Below are positions 1 to 9,081 of a DNA stretch of 64,000 nt, one piece after another. The first letter of the stretch is position 1. Each line of letters begins with the position of its first letter. Origin of the DNA: Candidatus Babeliales bacterium (GTDB lineage Bacteria > Babelota > Babeliae > Babelales > JANWKD01); assembly GCA_963762115.1 (NCBI GenBank), contig CAVXJH010000006.1:521662-585661 (forward strand), given 5' to 3'. Made by a program: the position numbers and the translations under genes. The notes under the pieces were generated by a model. The model was not told the origin of the DNA. It was given only the letters and a program-made list of their open reading frames with translations, and did not search any database.

Positions 1-627
1 TTTGCCACCCTTGCGATAGATTAATCCGCCAACATCAAACTGATAATAGACCGTTGCCTGAATAAGATTTTCTTTGATGAAAAGATGCGGTTCTTTTTGC
101 TTTGTTTGTATTTTTTTATCATGGAGTGTTAGCAACGGTTCGCTGTCGTTATAACTAATCCAGAATTTTGAAGGAACTCGTGCTCCTAAATAATGGTAGG
201 TGATCATACTCTCATTAATATCGTGCGCAATTTCTATTTTTCTTGCATGATCTTTTATTGTTTCTTTTTTTTGATTATCCAAATACGTTACTTGAATGGC
301 GGAATCTTTTTTTGGCACAGCAATGGTTTTTGGGGCAGCATTTTTGTGTTCCACAGGAACGTTAAAATAGTCATTTGCCTTTTTTACTTCATTTTTTACA
401 ATGCTCACTTGAGTTTCTTGTTTGGAATTGGCAAGACTATTTTTTTGATTAATTTTTTGGGGTGATTGCTGAGTTTTTTGTATTAGCTTTGGAGAAACTA
501 TTTTTTTGGGTTTTTTTATTTCTTCTGAAAGCTCAATAAGTTCTTTAGCTTTTTTTGCGCAAAGAGTAAAAGTGCAACATGTTAATGCGACTATAATGAT
601 ATAAATTCTGCTACATTTTTTTTTCAT
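1..627 (-). CDS. Partial (runs off window start) signal-peptide protein, Lys-rich, unknown function
   Basis: Manual translation from ATG at 627: MKKKCSRIYIIIVALTCCTFTLCAKK..., open to position 1; absent from the ORF track because it has no stop in the window. Confidence 0.7.
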   Translation of the reverse strand, partial: MKKKCSRIYIIIVALTCCTFTLCAKKAKELIELSEEIKKPKKIVSPKLIQKTQQSPQKINQKNSLANSKQETQVSIVKNEVKKANDYFNVPVEHKNAAPKTIAVPKKDSAIQVTYLDNQKKETIKDHARKIEIAHDINESMITYHYLGARVPSKFWISYNDSEPLLTLHDKKIQTKQKEPHLFIKENLIQATVYYQFDVGGLIYRKGGK

Positions 628-705
628 GATAAATCCTGCTTGTTTGAATGGTGTTAAGATGTTGTTAGGATATCAAAAAATGGAAATAGTGCACAATGGC
701 CTTGG

Positions 706-1122
706 TTATTTCCAAAAAGAGTTATAAAACCAAGGTGCAGCAAAGGCGCCGAAAAGAAAGAATTTGATAAAAGGGTGTGCGTCATACCTTTCACTTATTA
801 TTTTTTTTTGTATAAAGCCTTCTACTTCCTTTCCATCAACTTCAAGATCATGTTTTTCTTTGGTTCTGTAGGTATGATAGAACAAAGGAATTATTGGTTT
901 TAGGTATTGAACAAAAGATTTGGTAAAAGTTACATTAGGATGTTTTTTGCTCTGTAGTTTGGTGATTTGTGAATGAATTATGCGCGTATATTGTGCTATT
1001 TCATATTGATTGCGTAATGGTTTTGTTGTATCCATGCCAAATAACTCTGTATTTGTGCTTAATAGAAAAAGGTTGAAAACAAGAAGTGATTTTGAAAATA
1101 TATTTATTGATAAGACTTTCAT
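706..1122 (-). CDS. Small exported protein with C-terminal hydrophobic tail (tandem paralogue 1)
   Basis: Signal peptide ...TELFG|MD; C-terminus GAFAAPWFYNSFWK shared with 1132..1551. Confidence 0.75.
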   Translation of the reverse strand: MKVLSINIFSKSLLVFNLFLLSTNTELFGMDTTKPLRNQYEIAQYTRIIHSQITKLQSKKHPNVTFTKSFVQYLKPIIPLFYHTYRTKEKHDLEVDGKEVEGFIQKKIISERYDAHPFIKFFLFGAFAAPWFYNSFWK

Positions 1123-1131
1123 GAGTTAATT

Positions 1132-1551
1132 TTATTTCCAAAAGCAATTATAAAGCCAGGGAGCTGCAAAGGCACCAATCAGAAAAGTTTGTGTGAAAGA
1201 ATTTTGCGCAAGATCATATCCTGTGAACACTAATTTTTTTTGTTTATAAGAAGTTGCATGGCCCATATTATTTAACTCAGCTTTTTCTTTTGTTTTATAA
1301 ATATGTTTGAACCAAGGAATATTCATAAATTTCATTTTTTTTGTGTATTGTCTGAAATATAATGTAATGTTTAGTTGAGGGTTTTTTTTGCTGGTGGTAT
1401 TTACTTCAGATAAATAATTTGAAGTTTTATATCCAGTCTTATAACACTGTTCATTTAATGGTTTGGTGCTATTCATACCATGCAGCTTTGAAGCGTGATT
1501 TATAAGAAAAAGAAAGCTTAAGATGAAAAATGATTTTGAAAATATATTCAT
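1132..1551 (-). CDS. Small exported protein with C-terminal hydrophobic tail (tandem paralogue 2)
   Basis: MNIFSKSF...KLHG|MN; C-terminus GAFAAPWLYNCFWK. Confidence 0.75.
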   Translation of the reverse strand: MNIFSKSFFILSFLFLINHASKLHGMNSTKPLNEQCYKTGYKTSNYLSEVNTTSKKNPQLNITLYFRQYTKKMKFMNIPWFKHIYKTKEKAELNNMGHATSYKQKKLVFTGYDLAQNSFTQTFLIGAFAAPWLYNCFWK

Positions 1552-1574
1552 TTTGCGTGTCCCTAAATTAAAAA

Positions 1575-1991
1575 TTATTTTTTTCTAAACCAATTAAAAT
1601 AATAACCTACGCCGATAATTGAACAGGCAAAAGCAGTTCCTAAAAGTGCTTTAGTTTTTTTGCGAAGTCCAAAATTATGATCTTTTCGCTCGTAATATAA
1701 AATGTGTAGGGTTTTTTCATCAAGAGTTGTTTCTCTGACAAAAGATTCTTGTGCCCATGTTAGACCAAAAATGTTCCACCGATTTTTTTCGCATTTTACT
1801 TGGCCATGATTGTGTACTGTAGGCCTTGTTATAATTTTCATTCTAAAATCTGTATATTGAGGATCAAATTCTTGGTGTTTTGGGCTTTTGATTATTTCTT
1901 TATTATTTTTTTGCATGCCAAATAATGATGAACTTGTATTTGCAAGAATAAGAAAGCTGAGTATAAAAAGTGTTTTTGAAACTATATTCAT
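1575..1991 (-). CDS. Small exported protein with C-terminal TM helix (tandem paralogue 3)
   Basis: MNIVSKTLFILSFL...SLFG|MQ; upstream region nearly identical to that of 1132..1551. Confidence 0.75.
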   Translation of the reverse strand: MNIVSKTLFILSFLILANTSSSLFGMQKNNKEIIKSPKHQEFDPQYTDFRMKIITRPTVHNHGQVKCEKNRWNIFGLTWAQESFVRETTLDEKTLHILYYERKDHNFGLRKKTKALLGTAFACSIIGVGYYFNWFRKK

Positions 1992-2164
1992 TTTGTGTGT
2001 CTCTAAATTAAAAAATTATTTTCTATAAGATGAAAGTAGTGAGGTGTTGAATGCTATACCAGCACAACCAATAATAAATTTTCTAATTGAATTTTTAAGC
2101 GCAATAAACTCCATATAATAAATACTATATTTACTATAAAGTATTACGTTTTAATGCATTTTTG

Positions 2165-2632
2165 TCAAAAAGTTATAATTAAAGGAACTCGGGTCACAGG
2201 CTTCAGGGGATCATGAGTATAATAAATAATGGCGCAGTAAAGAGCTAAAAATAATGATGAAGTTATCACGTGGCCTTGCCAGGTTAGTGTTGTTTTGGGT
2301 GCTTCTTTGAAATCAACATTAACTTTTGGTGTGAAGTTTTGACCTTGCATGGTATTAATAACAGTGCATAAATTAAGGGCTGCTTGGGTTTCTTCGTTTG
2401 CACCAATAGCATCTAGAATGTAATGAGAAATTGCTTTATCAGTGATCAAAAAAGGAATGCCAAAAAGATAATCTTTAGTAAGATGGTGTTCAATGGAATG
2501 TTGAGGTGTTTTTTCTTCAAGATAAGATTCTGTTGTAGAGCTTGTGAGCGAGGGAATTGCGTTTAGAGTAAGCTGGTTACCTAGGAAGAATGCAAAAACA
2601 GCTGTCGAGAGAGAAATATTAAAATAATTCAT
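2165..2632 (-). CDS. Exported/membrane hypothetical protein
   Basis: N-terminal signal peptide and C-terminal hydrophobic helix. Confidence 0.6.
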   Translation of the reverse strand: MNYFNISLSTAVFAFFLGNQLTLNAIPSLTSSTTESYLEEKTPQHSIEHHLTKDYLFGIPFLITDKAISHYILDAIGANEETQAALNLCTVINTMQGQNFTPKVNVDFKEAPKTTLTWQGHVITSSLFLALYCAIIYYTHDPLKPVTRVPLIITF

Positions 2633-2646
2633 GGTTTTTCCTATTT

Positions 2647-3360
2647 TTATTGCAATGTGCAGCCGCGATCATGCCAACCGAGTTTTTTTGCAGAATAAGT
2701 TTCTGTATCTTTCGCGCCATGATCATAGAGAATTGTTACTATTTGATCATGGTCATTTTCCTGCGCCCACTGCAAGGGGGTTTTATTGCGAGAGCGCATA
2801 TCTATATTTGCGCCACGATCAAGGAGAAATGCTGTAAGATCAGATTGTTCTGTAGTTGATCTAATTGTGTGTATGAGTGGAGTAATGTTTTTGATTAGTC
2901 TTGTGGTTCCTCTTGCATTAATATTAGCACCTAACGATAAAAGAGCGGTAATACACATTTTTTTATCATGAAGAAATTGGTTTGTGTATCGTGGTAGGTG
3001 GATTAAGGCATCATTAATATTATTATGGGCATCATGGGTGATTATCCAGCACAAATTTTGAAGATCATCTGGATTATTATAAAAATACTCTTTTATAGCT
3101 TGAGGAACGCAGAGATCAAAGGCTTGGTGAAAAGCGTTTTCTTCAAAGGTTTGATGGTGATGAGCTTGATGTAATGCTTTTAATGGCTCTTTAATGTCAG
3201 AAGGAATAAATTCCAATAAGGTTATGTTAACATTATTTTTTGCTGCAGCTACAAAGCAGGTTGTAAATAGACTTTTTGGTTGAAAGAGATCATCATTGCC
3301 GGCGTTTAAAATGGTACAAAAAATTAAATTGAATAAAAAGAATAGTTTAATGTTTTGCAT
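2647..3360 (-). CDS. Secreted ankyrin-repeat protein with SOCS/BC-box-like motif and C-terminal CaaX (CTLQ)
   Basis: LLSLGANINA, TPLIH, LLDRGANID, TPLQWA ankyrin motifs; PKSLFTTCFVAA..IPSDIKEPL; ends GCTLQ. Confidence 0.8.
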   Translation of the reverse strand: MQNIKLFFLFNLIFCTILNAGNDDLFQPKSLFTTCFVAAAKNNVNITLLEFIPSDIKEPLKALHQAHHHQTFEENAFHQAFDLCVPQAIKEYFYNNPDDLQNLCWIITHDAHNNINDALIHLPRYTNQFLHDKKMCITALLSLGANINARGTTRLIKNITPLIHTIRSTTEQSDLTAFLLDRGANIDMRSRNKTPLQWAQENDHDQIVTILYDHGAKDTETYSAKKLGWHDRGCTLQ

Positions 3361-3388
3361 TAGGAATTATGTCCTGTTTTTTATTATA

Positions 3389-4270
3389 TTATTGCAAGGT
3401 GCAAGCGGCTGCAATGTGATAACGCATTTGTCCTGATTCATGATCTAAATCAAAATCATCTAAATCTTGTTTAACGGGAATGTAAATAGCGCCATGTTCA
3501 CGCAAGAGGTTTGCTATTGTTTGATCTGGCCATTTTTTTGCCAATGTGTAAGCGTTGTAACCGTCAGAAGTCTTTTCGTCAACGCGTGCTTTGTTTTTAA
3601 GAAGTAGTTCTACGCAAGATGTTCGTTTGTATATGGTTGCTGTTATTAACGGTGTCGTAAATCGAATGCGCGTATCAACTGAGCCATAATAATTGATGTT
3701 GGCACCTAAGCTTAATAAAATGGAGTAAAGGACTTTACGCTTTTTATAAGGATTACGACGACCTAATGTAATAAGACCTTTATTGATATTCATATCACAG
3801 TAATTTGCTAAGATAAAATCAAGATCTGCAAAAAGATCTTCATAATCTAAAAGAACATTATTGTCAATCTGGATATCAAATAAGTGTAATTCAGAGCGTC
3901 TTTGTGAGTTTCTTTCATTGATAGTATATACTTTTTCTTGTAATCCTTTTGGAGCGCAGAAATTAAAGGCAATATGAAGATCTTCTTCTAGTGGAAAATT
4001 TTCGTGATGAATATTGTTGAATGCAGATGCAGCTTGCTTTACTTCTTGTGGTAATCTTTCAGATGAGTAATCTTTTTGTGGAAGTGCCGATAAACAAAGT
4101 TGTTTGAGTGTTGGCGTAATAATTAATCGTGAATCTAAGGGTTTATTTTCTTTAGGTGTTTTATTATTAACAACTTTAGGCCCAAAGTCTCCTGGAAATA
4201 CTAATGTTTCCACTAAAAAGCATAGGGTGATTAGGCATATTTTAAATAAAAAAATCTTAGTTGCTTTCAT
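3389..4270 (-). CDS. Secreted ankyrin-repeat protein with SOCS/BC-box-like motif and C-terminal CaaX (CTLQ)
   Basis: Start taken at MKATKIF; LLSLGANIN, TPLITA, LLLKNKARVD; PTLKQLCLSAL..LPQEVKQ; ends ACTLQ; paralogue of 2647..3360. Confidence 0.8.
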   Translation of the reverse strand: MKATKIFLFKICLITLCFLVETLVFPGDFGPKVVNNKTPKENKPLDSRLIITPTLKQLCLSALPQKDYSSERLPQEVKQAASAFNNIHHENFPLEEDLHIAFNFCAPKGLQEKVYTINERNSQRRSELHLFDIQIDNNVLLDYEDLFADLDFILANYCDMNINKGLITLGRRNPYKKRKVLYSILLSLGANINYYGSVDTRIRFTTPLITATIYKRTSCVELLLKNKARVDEKTSDGYNAYTLAKKWPDQTIANLLREHGAIYIPVKQDLDDFDLDHESGQMRYHIAAACTLQ

Positions 4271-6092
4271 GTTCAGATCTTCTATTAACAAGTTCTTTTG
4301 TTTTAAAAATTAATAACGATATTGCCGCAGGTGTCATGCCCGGAATAAGTGTTGCTTGTGCAATGGTGGTTGGTTTATGTTTTATTAATTTTTGTTTTAA
4401 TTCGGTAGAAAGTCCTGGCATGGCGGTGAAATCAAGATTTGCCGGTAAAAGCATTGCCTGATATTGTTTTGTTTTTTCAACTTCTTTTTCTTCTCGTTTG
4501 AGATACGGCTCATAGCGAATGTCAGCCCACACTGTTTGCAGGGTGCGTTCAGGTAAGGTGCCACCAGTAAGCTCAATTAATTTATTTTTATGTTCTTCTT
4601 GATTACCGAGCAATTGTAATATGCTGCAATCATTTTTTCCTAAGCGTAGTTGTGCAATGGTGTCATGTACCAATTGTTTCTCTTGTTTGATTGCTGCATA
4701 GAGCTCTTGATTAATCAAGCCAAGATTATAGCTCATATCGGCAAGTCGTGAAAACACGTTATCTTGCCTTAAGGTGAGTCGACGTTCAGCGCGAGAGGTG
4801 AACATGCGATAAGGTTCGTCAACGCCTAAACTTACTAAATCATCGATCATCACACCGATATATCCTTGCGTGCGATCAAGAATGAATGGAGACTGATTAT
4901 GCGCTTTGAGATGTGCATTAATGCCGGCCATGATTCCTTGACCTGCAGCTTCTTCATAGCCGGTGGTACCATTTATTTGACCAGCCAAAAATAAACCAGG
5001 AACTTTTTTGGTTTCTAGTGAGTGGTGCAATTGATCTGGTGAAACATAATCATATTCAACAGCATAACCAGGACGAACAATAACTGCTTTTTCAAAGCCA
5101 ACAATTGACTGAACATATTGTATTTGTACTTCAAGAGGAAGAGATGTTGAAATGCCATTAGGGTAGATTTCTTCGCTTGAAGCACTTTCAGGTTCAACAA
5201 AAACATGATGAGAAGTTTTTTCTGGAAAACGAGCAATTTTATCTTCAATCGATGGGCAATAACGAGGGCCAACACCTTTAATGTTGCCGCTATACATTGC
5301 CGAAAGATGAAGATTCTTGCGTATTATTTCATGAGTGGTTGCATTGGTGTAAGCAATATAACAATCGCGTGTATTTTTAACTTCATGGGGATGAAATTCA
5401 AATAAGTGATCAAGATTGTCAGCTTGTTGAAATTCTAATTTTGAAAAATCAATACTTGAACGGAGTAAGCGTGGTGGCGTTCCCGTTTTAAGACGACCAA
5501 CTTTTAGACCTAACGATGCAAGAAATTCTGAAAGGTGAGGCACTGCTTCATCGCCTTGGCGACCTGCTGAATAATTATGTTTTCCAATATGAATAAGACC
5601 ATTAAGAAAGGTGCCTGTTGTTAAAATTACACAAGGTGCGGCATATTCCATACCTTCTCGCGTAACAACGCCGCGCACTTCACCTTGTTCATTGGTGAGT
5701 AATCGTTCAACCATGCCGGTCATTAACGTTAAATTTTCAGTTTTTTCTAAAATTTCTTTACTGAGCTTATTATAAGCATGTTTATCAATTTGTAGGCGAA
5801 GTCCTTGGACTGCCGGACCCTTTTTTGTGTTAAGCATGCGCGCTTGTAAATATGTTTGTGTGCACAATTTTGGCATAAGGCCGCCAAGAGCACTAATTTC
5901 AAAAACGATATGCCCTTTGCCAACACCGCCAATGGCAGGGTTGCAGGGCATGTAACCAATTTTATCGAGATTTAAGGTGATCATTAATGTTCTTGAACCC
6001 ATGCGCGCAGCTGCATATGCCGCTTCGATTCCTGCATGGCCACCACCAACGACAATAACATCAAAGTCGTATGAATTTTTTCTTTGTATCAT
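4257..6092 (-). CDS. mnmG: tRNA uridine-5-carboxymethylaminomethyl modification enzyme MnmG (GidA)
   Basis: VVGGGHAGIEAA, CNPAIGG, GPRYCPSIEDK, AGQINGTTGYEEAAGQG, EPYRMFTSRAE. Confidence 0.98.
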   Translation of the reverse strand: MIQRKNSYDFDVIVVGGGHAGIEAAYAAARMGSRTLMITLNLDKIGYMPCNPAIGGVGKGHIVFEISALGGLMPKLCTQTYLQARMLNTKKGPAVQGLRLQIDKHAYNKLSKEILEKTENLTLMTGMVERLLTNEQGEVRGVVTREGMEYAAPCVILTTGTFLNGLIHIGKHNYSAGRQGDEAVPHLSEFLASLGLKVGRLKTGTPPRLLRSSIDFSKLEFQQADNLDHLFEFHPHEVKNTRDCYIAYTNATTHEIIRKNLHLSAMYSGNIKGVGPRYCPSIEDKIARFPEKTSHHVFVEPESASSEEIYPNGISTSLPLEVQIQYVQSIVGFEKAVIVRPGYAVEYDYVSPDQLHHSLETKKVPGLFLAGQINGTTGYEEAAGQGIMAGINAHLKAHNQSPFILDRTQGYIGVMIDDLVSLGVDEPYRMFTSRAERRLTLRQDNVFSRLADMSYNLGLINQELYAAIKQEKQLVHDTIAQLRLGKNDCSILQLLGNQEEHKNKLIELTGGTLPERTLQTVWADIRYEPYLKREEKEVEKTKQYQAMLLPANLDFTAMPGLSTELKQKLIKHKPTTIAQATLIPGMTPAAISLLIFKTKELVNRRSEHESN

Positions 6093-6114
6093 AATGTATT
6101 TTTTTTGTTAAAAA

Positions 6115-6142
6115 GTCCCTAGGAAAATAAGATCCTAGGGAC
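6115..6142 (-). terminator. Hairpin, probable intrinsic terminator downstream of 6264..6671
   Basis: gtccctagga...tcctagggac stem followed by a U-run on the minus strand. Confidence 0.55.
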
Positions 6143-6263
6143 AATTCTATCGAAACCTATGATAGATAGCAACCACTTGATGTAATATCAATAGATGCAA
6201 GAACGGGGTTTTTCTCCATTTCCCCTAATCCTTCATAGGATGTTTTTCAAGATAAAAAGACTT

Positions 6264-6671
6264 TTAATTTTTTTTGAAGTCTTCTTTCATACGTTTATTG
6301 ATACCATTCATTAATGTCGAAATAGTAATGTTTTTTGGTAACAACTCGTAATAGTTTCTGAGAGCAGCGCCAGCTGAAAGTGCGTTGGTAGCTTTACGTG
6401 CTGAATGAAGTGCATTTAAGAATCCATCAACAGTAAGATTTGGGTGATTTTGTGCAAAATATTGAATAAGATACGCTCTATTTGCTTTCACCTGTTGAAT
6501 CATAGCATCAATAAATTGAACATAGGTGCGAGTATCATTAAAGTTGGTGATGCAGGTGACAAGTTCTGAAATAATAGCTTCTTCGGGATTCTGTGCTTTT
6601 GAAGGTGTGCAAAAAATAAGTGAAGCCGCGATTAAGGTTGAATACATGATTTTCGTTGTAGTAGATTTCAC
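6264..6671 (-). CDS. Exported hypothetical protein
   Basis: Signal peptide ending SKA; helical body. Confidence 0.65.
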   Translation of the reverse strand: MKSTTTKIMYSTLIAASLIFCTPSKAQNPEEAIISELVTCITNFNDTRTYVQFIDAMIQQVKANRAYLIQYFAQNHPNLTVDGFLNALHSARKATNALSAGAALRNYYELLPKNITISTLMNGINKRMKEDFKKN

Positions 6672-6885
6672 GATTATTTCCTTTCAAGGTGATTGGAGGT
6701 ATTTTCTAGGTTAGATTCAATTTTAGTACATCTTCAGTTTAAACTGCTGACTGATATTGTCAAAAGGGGGTTTATTTTGTTGATTAAATCGACTGATTAG
6801 GTATTCTTGATGAATGTTGTTGCTAAGAGCCTTTATTCTCTAGGCTTTTTTCTTTATTGTGAGTTTATTCGAGGTAATTTTTTGC

Positions 6886-7947
6886 ATGTTATATCATTTA
6901 GCGCTCCATTTAAAACATACTTTTTCCTGGTTAAATGTAATCCATTACGTGAGTTTTCGAGCAATGGCAGCATTGCTTACTTCGCTCTTTGTGTCGTTTC
7001 TATTTGGTAATTATTTTATAGAAAAGTCAAAAATATTTTTCAGATCAACGGTGCGCGAGTATACGCCAGAAAGTCATAAAATCAAAAATAATATGCCAAC
7101 TATGGGCGGGGTTTTTATTTTGGCAACGGTGTTAATCAATAGCTTGTTGTGGTGTAATTTATGGCATGGCGAAGTTTTTATTCTCTTGTTGTGTTTGCTC
7201 GGTTTTGGCAGCATAGGTTTTTTTGATGATTTATATAAAATTTATCATAAAAAAGGATTGACCGCTTGGCATAAATTTTTTTTGCAATTGAGTGTTGCTT
7301 TTTTTATTGGTGTATTGTTGGTTGTTCATGGCATTGATTTGAGCATTAGCTTTCCCTTTTTGAAAAATATTCACCCTCACCTTGGTTTGTTTTTTATTCC
7401 CTGGGTCATGTTGGTTATAGTTGGATGCAGTAATGCTGTTAACTTAACCGATGGTTTGGATGGATTGGCTTTGAGTTCTTTGATTCCAAATTTCGCTTTA
7501 TATAGTTTGATTGCCTATATTGCAGGTCATTATACTTTGGCGACTTACTTGCAGATTCCTTTTGCCGGTAGTTCTGAGATCACCGTTGTGGGAACAACAT
7601 TGGTGGGAGCTTGTCTAGGATTTTTGTGGTATAACACGTACCCAGCACAAATTTTTATGGGCGATGTTGGTTCATTAGCTTTGGGAAGTGGGTTGGCTTT
7701 GATGGCAATTATTGCCAAACAAGAGTTATTGTTGTTGATTTCTGGCGGTTTGTTTGTTGTTGAAGCACTATCGGTTATTTTGCAAGTTTTATCATTTAAA
7801 TTGCTTGGCAAGCGCATTTTTAAAATGGCACCCATACATCATCATTTTGAATTACTTGGTTGGCAAGAATCAAAAATTACCGTTCGTTTTGCCATTATTT
7901 CGTTGATTCTTTGCTTATTGGCATTGATGACCTTGAAAATGCGATAA
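6886..7947 (+). CDS. mraY: Phospho-N-acetylmuramoyl-pentapeptide transferase
   Basis: PTMGG, SNAVNLTDGLDGLA, PAQIFMGDVGSLALG, MAPIHHHFE; start at MLYHL after GAGG. Confidence 0.98.
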   Translation: MLYHLALHLKHTFSWLNVIHYVSFRAMAALLTSLFVSFLFGNYFIEKSKIFFRSTVREYTPESHKIKNNMPTMGGVFILATVLINSLLWCNLWHGEVFILLLCLLGFGSIGFFDDLYKIYHKKGLTAWHKFFLQLSVAFFIGVLLVVHGIDLSISFPFLKNIHPHLGLFFIPWVMLVIVGCSNAVNLTDGLDGLALSSLIPNFALYSLIAYIAGHYTLATYLQIPFAGSSEITVVGTTLVGACLGFLWYNTYPAQIFMGDVGSLALGSGLALMAIIAKQELLLLISGGLFVVEALSVILQVLSFKLLGKRIFKMAPIHHHFELLGWQESKITVRFAIISLILCLLALMTLKMR

Positions 7948-7958
7948 ACAATACAAGT

Positions 7959-8414
7959 TTATTTGATACTCATTTTTCCTGATAACAATCTAATGCTATA
8001 ATTTTTTGCTTTTTGCATGTCTTCTTTTGCGATGGTTATTGCTTCCAGGGGAGAATATGTTTTTGTGCCAGGGTCTTCTGTTGGAAATGATATTTGGATT
8101 GAATTTTTATAAGAACCATCTTTGGCTATACATTGTTTATCGGCATCAACAACCCCAATAAACTCTGCAGGTGATAGTGTTTTGTTGGGTTCAAGTTTAA
8201 GTGTTAGCGCATAGCCTTGAGTTAGGCATTCATCTTTTTCTTTTTTCAGGGTTATTTTGCTGCAATCAGGTGTATAATTAATGGTGATGAGTGCTGGCAC
8301 ATTAGTCGTATTATTAATTTTGCTTGAAAGCCATTTAGGTGTCGTTGTTGCGCAATGTGTTAGATTTCCGGTCATTAGGCAGCTGATAACACTAAAAAAT
8401 AATATTTTTTTCAT
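7959..8414 (-). CDS. Exported hypothetical protein
   Basis: MKKILFFSVIS signal peptide; AGGGG RBS. Confidence 0.65.
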   Translation of the reverse strand: MKKILFFSVISCLMTGNLTHCATTTPKWLSSKINNTTNVPALITINYTPDCSKITLKKEKDECLTQGYALTLKLEPNKTLSPAEFIGVVDADKQCIAKDGSYKNSIQISFPTEDPGTKTYSPLEAITIAKEDMQKAKNYSIRLLSGKMSIK

Positions 8415-8523
8415 AGTTTTTCCCCTTTATGTATCTGTCTTTATTATATTGTAACAATAGAGCATATTGAAATGCAATATTGTTTTCATATTGAATTTAT
8501 TATAGGGAAGCTATAGAGAGTTT

Positions 8524-8892
8524 TTAGTGATTTTGCCGGATGGTGTTAACTATTTGTGTTGTTACTCTTTTAATTTCTTGAAAAGAAAATCGGTGTACAA
8601 GAAGATTGGTTGCGCAGCCACCAGCAAGAGCAATTAGGGTTGTTAGTAGATTTGTTCCAGGAGTGTTTTTCTTATGATGGCTAAAATTATAAACAATGAC
8701 GGCAGCAACCAAAGTGCCACTGATAAATCCGGCAGTACTTTTTAATGCAGTCGTTTTCCAAGATTCTCGGGTAGTTTTTTGATCTATTTCTTCGTCAATA
8801 CAGGTTAACTGCAGCGGTGCAGAAGTAGCCAAGAGTAAGAAAAATATAAAAAAGAGAGATTTTCTTCTATAAAACACAGTGTAACCTTCCAT
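8524..8892 (-). CDS. Small membrane protein
   Basis: Signal-like N-terminus plus two hydrophobic helices. Confidence 0.55.
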   Translation of the reverse strand: MEGYTVFYRRKSLFFIFFLLLATSAPLQLTCIDEEIDQKTTRESWKTTALKSTAGFISGTLVAAVIVYNFSHHKKNTPGTNLLTTLIALAGGCATNLLVHRFSFQEIKRVTTQIVNTIRQNH

Positions 8893-9081
8893 TACTGAGT
8901 GTATAAGTAGTTAGGAGTATAGCATAAAATTAAAAATATTAATATTGTAAAAAATACTAATATTGTTAATTTTAAATAAGTATGCAATAATTTATTAGTA
9001 ATTTATCTTCTTGCTTATTACGTAACTTTTAGCATTATTTCTATTATAATATTGTTTTAATTTTTCAGGATTATCTTTTTC

